DNA of 64,000 bases from Alloascoidea hylecoeti. Lineage: Eukaryota. Every line of letters starts with the position of its first letter. Within the stretch, counting starts at the first letter, position 1. Location: NCBI GenBank assembly GCA_001600815.1, contig BCKZ01000012.1, positions 186,001 through 250,000 on the forward strand, written 5' to 3'. Shown here piece after piece: positions 60,079-64,000 of this stretch. Under the pieces are notes generated by a model. It was not told where the DNA came from. It made no database searches and saw only the letters and a list, made by a program, of their open reading frames with translations. Both the position numbers and the translations under genes were made by a program.

Positions 60079-61219
60079 ATGAGCATCGTAAGTTCGGATG
60101 GAGTACCTTCATGGCAACCTGACGAAGAGGCGGATCGTTGCCCCATTTGTAGCACTTTATTTTCCTTTTTTCTTCGCAGACATCACTGTCGGTAAGTCTT
60201 CATCATAATCATTGCCCTTAGAATATGGCACATTGTTAACAACGATATATTTTAGCAAATGCGGTAGGGTGGTTTGCAACGATTGTTCCAAAAATGAAGC
60301 AACCTACTTGCCCTCAACTTATGTGGTGTCCCCACAATCTCAAATATTTCTGGAATCGCCCCACGTACCTCATAGGACCTGTGATGGGTGCTTAGGGGAA
60401 CTTGTTGCGTTGAGGAGGGCTTTACAGGACAGTGGAGAGGATAACAATTCAAACGATATTACTTCAACTGATAATAATAATACAAATGACACTGAATCCA
60501 TCAGGTCTTCGGAAACGCTGAGCTCTTTGAGTTCTACCAACTCTAGAGGATCAAGGGATCACCGCAGTGCTTCTAGTACCAATGGCCGGGGTGAAACTTT
60601 TACAAACTTAAGCACAAGACATGCGAGATCATCACGATCTTCAATGAGTACACTTAGACGTTATTCCAACAGATTACTTCATCACAGAAATTCATCTTCA
60701 ATAGCTTCGGACGCCGCAGTTCTTTCTCTAACAGGAGAATCTACTAGCCATTCTACTCAAAATCATAATGCTCACACAACATCACCAGTTATTGATGAAG
60801 AAAGTCTATGTCCTGTTTGTGGTAAAGTTCTTTATCATCTCTCAGTGACTGATAAAGAATCCCATATCGATAAATGCTTAACGAAACTTAATAATGATCA
60901 GCCCACACAATCACCCCCATGGATGAGAAACAGAATGGTCACATATACTCTGGATGGGCCGTTGAAAGTAAAGAGGTCTCATAATCATTCAAATAGTCTT
61001 ACTGAGAAATCTCAGGGTGCCGAGTCCATTTATTCGGTGGAGACAACTAGCTCTAGAAGTACAACATCAAATGAATGTGTTATTTGCTTTGAAGAGTTCG
61101 AGAAAGGTGATAAAGTTGCAAGACTTGAATGTTTGTGTGTTTATCATCACGACTGTATTAAAACATGGTTTTCAAGGAAAGGTGAAGGTAATTGTCCTGT
61201 TCATGCTCCTCACACATGA
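60079..61219 (+). CDS. PIB1: FYVE + RING-H2 E3 ubiquitin ligase, 2 exons
   Basis: WQPD..CPIC..FSFFLRRHHCR|KCGRVVC FYVE; central CPVC..HIDKC; ECVICFEEF..VARLECLCVYHHDCIKTWF..CPVH; intron 60192-60255. Confidence 0.88.
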
Positions 61220-61891
61220 TTTCCTTATTTATTTGATATTTTTATTTCATGTTAGTTTGATTTAGTATGGTGTAAGTAGGGAGTTTTCTAGGAAGACATC
61301 CTTGGTGTCATGATCATTGTGTTTATATCATCATGGATTCATGTTGTTTACTTCGATTCTGTGTTACATAACGAAAATATATTATATTGTTACTGATACT
61401 TGTTCCTAAATTTAAGATTGTTATATATAGCTACTTCGATCTATTAAAAGATTCATTTTCAGAGAACAGCTCTAGTTCCGTCGTTATAAATATGTAGTTG
61501 TAATTACAAAACAAAAAGTTTCGGTTTTTCAGGAAGATGAAATATTGGTGCACATTTGAGAAATGAGCATACGCGGCGACACTTTTGATAAGTTAACGTT
61601 GCTCACAACCGTTTTAGTTAGGCATTAGAATATTGTTTTGCAAGCTTCCTCGCGTTCCCGATTATTATAGATTCTTCGCAAAGAATAAAGCTGACGAGAA
61701 AAGCCGGTTCAAATGAGCTCGAGGAGTGTTTATGCGACAAGTATAAATACTAGTCATGCAATATTTACAATGTAGATGAGACTGGTTGTATTCTTAGAGA
61801 CGTTGGAAAGTCTATCTATTCCTCAGTTGATCACTCCTCGAAGGGAGTTGGTCACTTGTGTTGAATGGGTTAATGCCATGTCCCCCAATAT

Positions 61892-62131
61892 AGTTAGTGT
61901 TAATTATAATGATGACTATCTTAGAAGGAATAGAGGATGCAATGATACATGTCAACCTAAGAATGGATAACAATGAAGTTAGAATTCCAATTACTGATAA
62001 TAGAAGAATAACCAGAAGCATGAGAAAAGCCGTGAGTGAAAACATTGGTGTTACAGATCCATTCTTAGGATATCATTGCATCCTCTACTCCTTCTAAGAT
62101 ATTGTCATCATTATAATTATCAACACCAACT
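61892..62131. repeat. Imperfect inverted repeat (about 75-bp arms, about 88-bp spacer)
   Basis: 61892-61968 agttagtgttaattataatgatgactatcttagaaggaatagaggatgcaatgata..cctaagaatggat vs reverse complement of 62057-62131 agttggtgttgataattataatgatgacaatatcttagaaggagtagaggatgcaatgatatcctaagaatggat. Confidence 0.9.
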
Positions 62132-62399
62132 GTATTCCTCAAAACATCTTCATTACCAGATAACTCTTGGTGACCGGTAACATACAAAAAAAATCTCACT
62201 TCCAGTATTATCAACATACCTCTTTCGTATCTGATGACAATAGTTAATATCAGCATATTATTATATATATATCTGTTCTATAAAAAACAATTAGGAATGG
62301 CTGACTATATAATTAGTACTAAACATCGAGCCTTATTTCATAAACTAATCACAACAAAAACAAATTTTAATAAAGATAATCCTTTATATCTAACATATT

Positions 62400-63382
62400 T
62401 AAAGAGAAAATGTATCCTTCTTGCAAGAGAAACAAGATCTTTGGGTGCTTTTTAGCAGTTGTTAAGATTCCCGAATGTCAAAAGGATATTTTGTCTTGCA
62501 ATTGTAATGACAAAGATGAAAGGAAAACTTGGATTTGCATTGTTGAAAGTCTAAGAAGAATAGTACCTGTTTACAAAGAGTTCATGAATAATACTGTTCT
62601 GATCCCCTTTGACCTTAGGTCGAATGTACCAAATCTCTAATGAGAGTTGTTATCTGTTTGCTTCATTCTCTAACAATTTTTTGATTAATTAATTTCTATC
62701 TAATTTTTATCTATCTCTACAACAATCTATTGTCCTATATATTCTGAATCAGTTGTTGATGATTTAACACGGCCCGGGTCCCCTATGGAATATAACCAAT
62801 CCAAATTAGTTTGTGAACACATTATCAAAGGAACCAGTAAGCAGATGGGAATATGTTATATCAGCTAGAATAGAGCGGATTATTGGTGATACCTAGAACG
62901 GTCTTTGGAATCTTAATGAAGCTTACTCATTAAGGATGGAGAGTATCAAAGTTATAAAATAAAGCGCTTAAAAAAATTTCTAGCTCTTTAATCTTGTAAT
63001 CTGTTGATATTGATTCAAATGTACTTTTGGATTATTTAATTAAGGGAGAAGATGCATGGTCATAGTATTAATATCCCGAGACGGTTAACAATGTTACAAC
63101 ATCAAAACTTTTGAGTTGGACCAAAGATAATTTATACTGTTAGACCTTCAAACAGAAGTTGGATTAGAAATACTATTAATAGATGGTTAAAATCGTGAGA
63201 AAACAGTCGTAATACTGCTAAAATCAATTCTATCATTACATTGCTGGACTTATAAAGACAAATAAGATCTAAATGTTCTAGAATTTTCTACTAAAATAAC
63301 AGAAGATATAAGTTTATCACACTTATCACCTTGTTTAAATGAATTTGATAACGTTATTAGTATTTTCGTTGGGCGGGTATAA
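62400..63382 (+). pseudogene. Decayed copy of the reductase domain of the A-T-R gene at 272-3433
   Basis: CILLARETRSLGAF vs YILLTGASGSLGAF; SISTTIYCP..PMEYNQSKLVCEHIIK vs SISTALLCP..PMGYGQSKLVCEHIIK; SARIERIIGDT*NGLWNLNEAYSL vs SARIGQIVGDTQNGIWNATEAYPL; stops, frameshifts and an internal deletion. Confidence 0.85.
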
Positions 63383-64000
63383 TGAATCATGAAGAGGTTG
63401 CAGTCGGAAAATCACCCTAAACATATTTACGATTATAATTATAAAGTAATATTAATATAACTAAAAGACTAAATTTAAACCAACTAATGTTTTTGAAATG
63501 AAAGGCGAAGTAATCACAAGTACTACTGTATCTCTATAAGATCTTATAGCCAACGTTAACGGCCTACATTAATATTACACACTGTTTATGTATGCATGTC
63601 CCAATATATGATGTGTCAAGTGTAAGTTATAACCTATAGCTGTAAATGTGTTTTTGACCCCAAATTTTTAAGCTGGATATTATTATTGTACTAAGTATTT
63701 ATATATAATCATAACTCCATCAAAAAGATTTCATCACATCACTAGTACTAATTTCATCAATAATATATAATAATTTCTTTAATAAAAAGTAGATGGATAT
63801 CAACAAGTAAATGTTTTCATTTCTTTCTTTCTTTCTTTCGTATATGTACAGTACAGTAACACTAATATGTTAATAAAAAATCAATAAAAAAAAAGCAAAA
63901 TTTTTAAACCTGATAAAAAACAAATGAACGAATACCAAAAAAAAAAAACTTAAGAAAAAAAAAAAAAAATTGTGTCAATAAAAATAATAAATAATAGTGT

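Overview
AT-rich, intron-containing, gene-dense fungal DNA, most consistent with an early-diverging budding yeast (Saccharomycotina; inferred from gene content, GTAAGT/GTATGT/GTACGT donors, CTAAC-type branch points and gene order shared with S. cerevisiae). About 32 protein genes, mostly housekeeping: EMC5, RTT107, SNX4, TAD2, KAR2, MAD2, BET4, CTK2, MCR1, NNR2, CWC27, SKY1, RPN12, MCM7, PRT1, MAD1, GUP1, YKE4, MCM21, CCT8, VPS53, SSF1/2, PIB1. The non-routine content is: (1) an intact non-Lys2 NRPS-like A-T-R carboxylic acid reductase at the left end, with a decayed paralogous R-domain copy 60 kb away at the right end; (2) an intron-containing orphan gene with a Mutator/FAR1/Aft1-like Zn-finger DNA-binding domain, a candidate domesticated transposase; (3) a two-CAP-domain Pry-like secreted protein with atypical motifs, flanked by two Tc1/mariner fossils, one fused to a Ty3/gypsy integrase fragment; (4) an NRDE-2/Nrl1 homologue; (5) a fold-back inverted repeat near 62 kb; (6) a candidate structured ncRNA at about 53.1-53.4 kb; (7) sharp GC peaks centred on short divergent promoters. 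I found no tRNA, rRNA or CRISPR array, and no convincing new multi-gene system; the best candidates for novelty are single loci. All family calls come from motif recognition by eye, not database searches, and exon boundaries are manual predictions.
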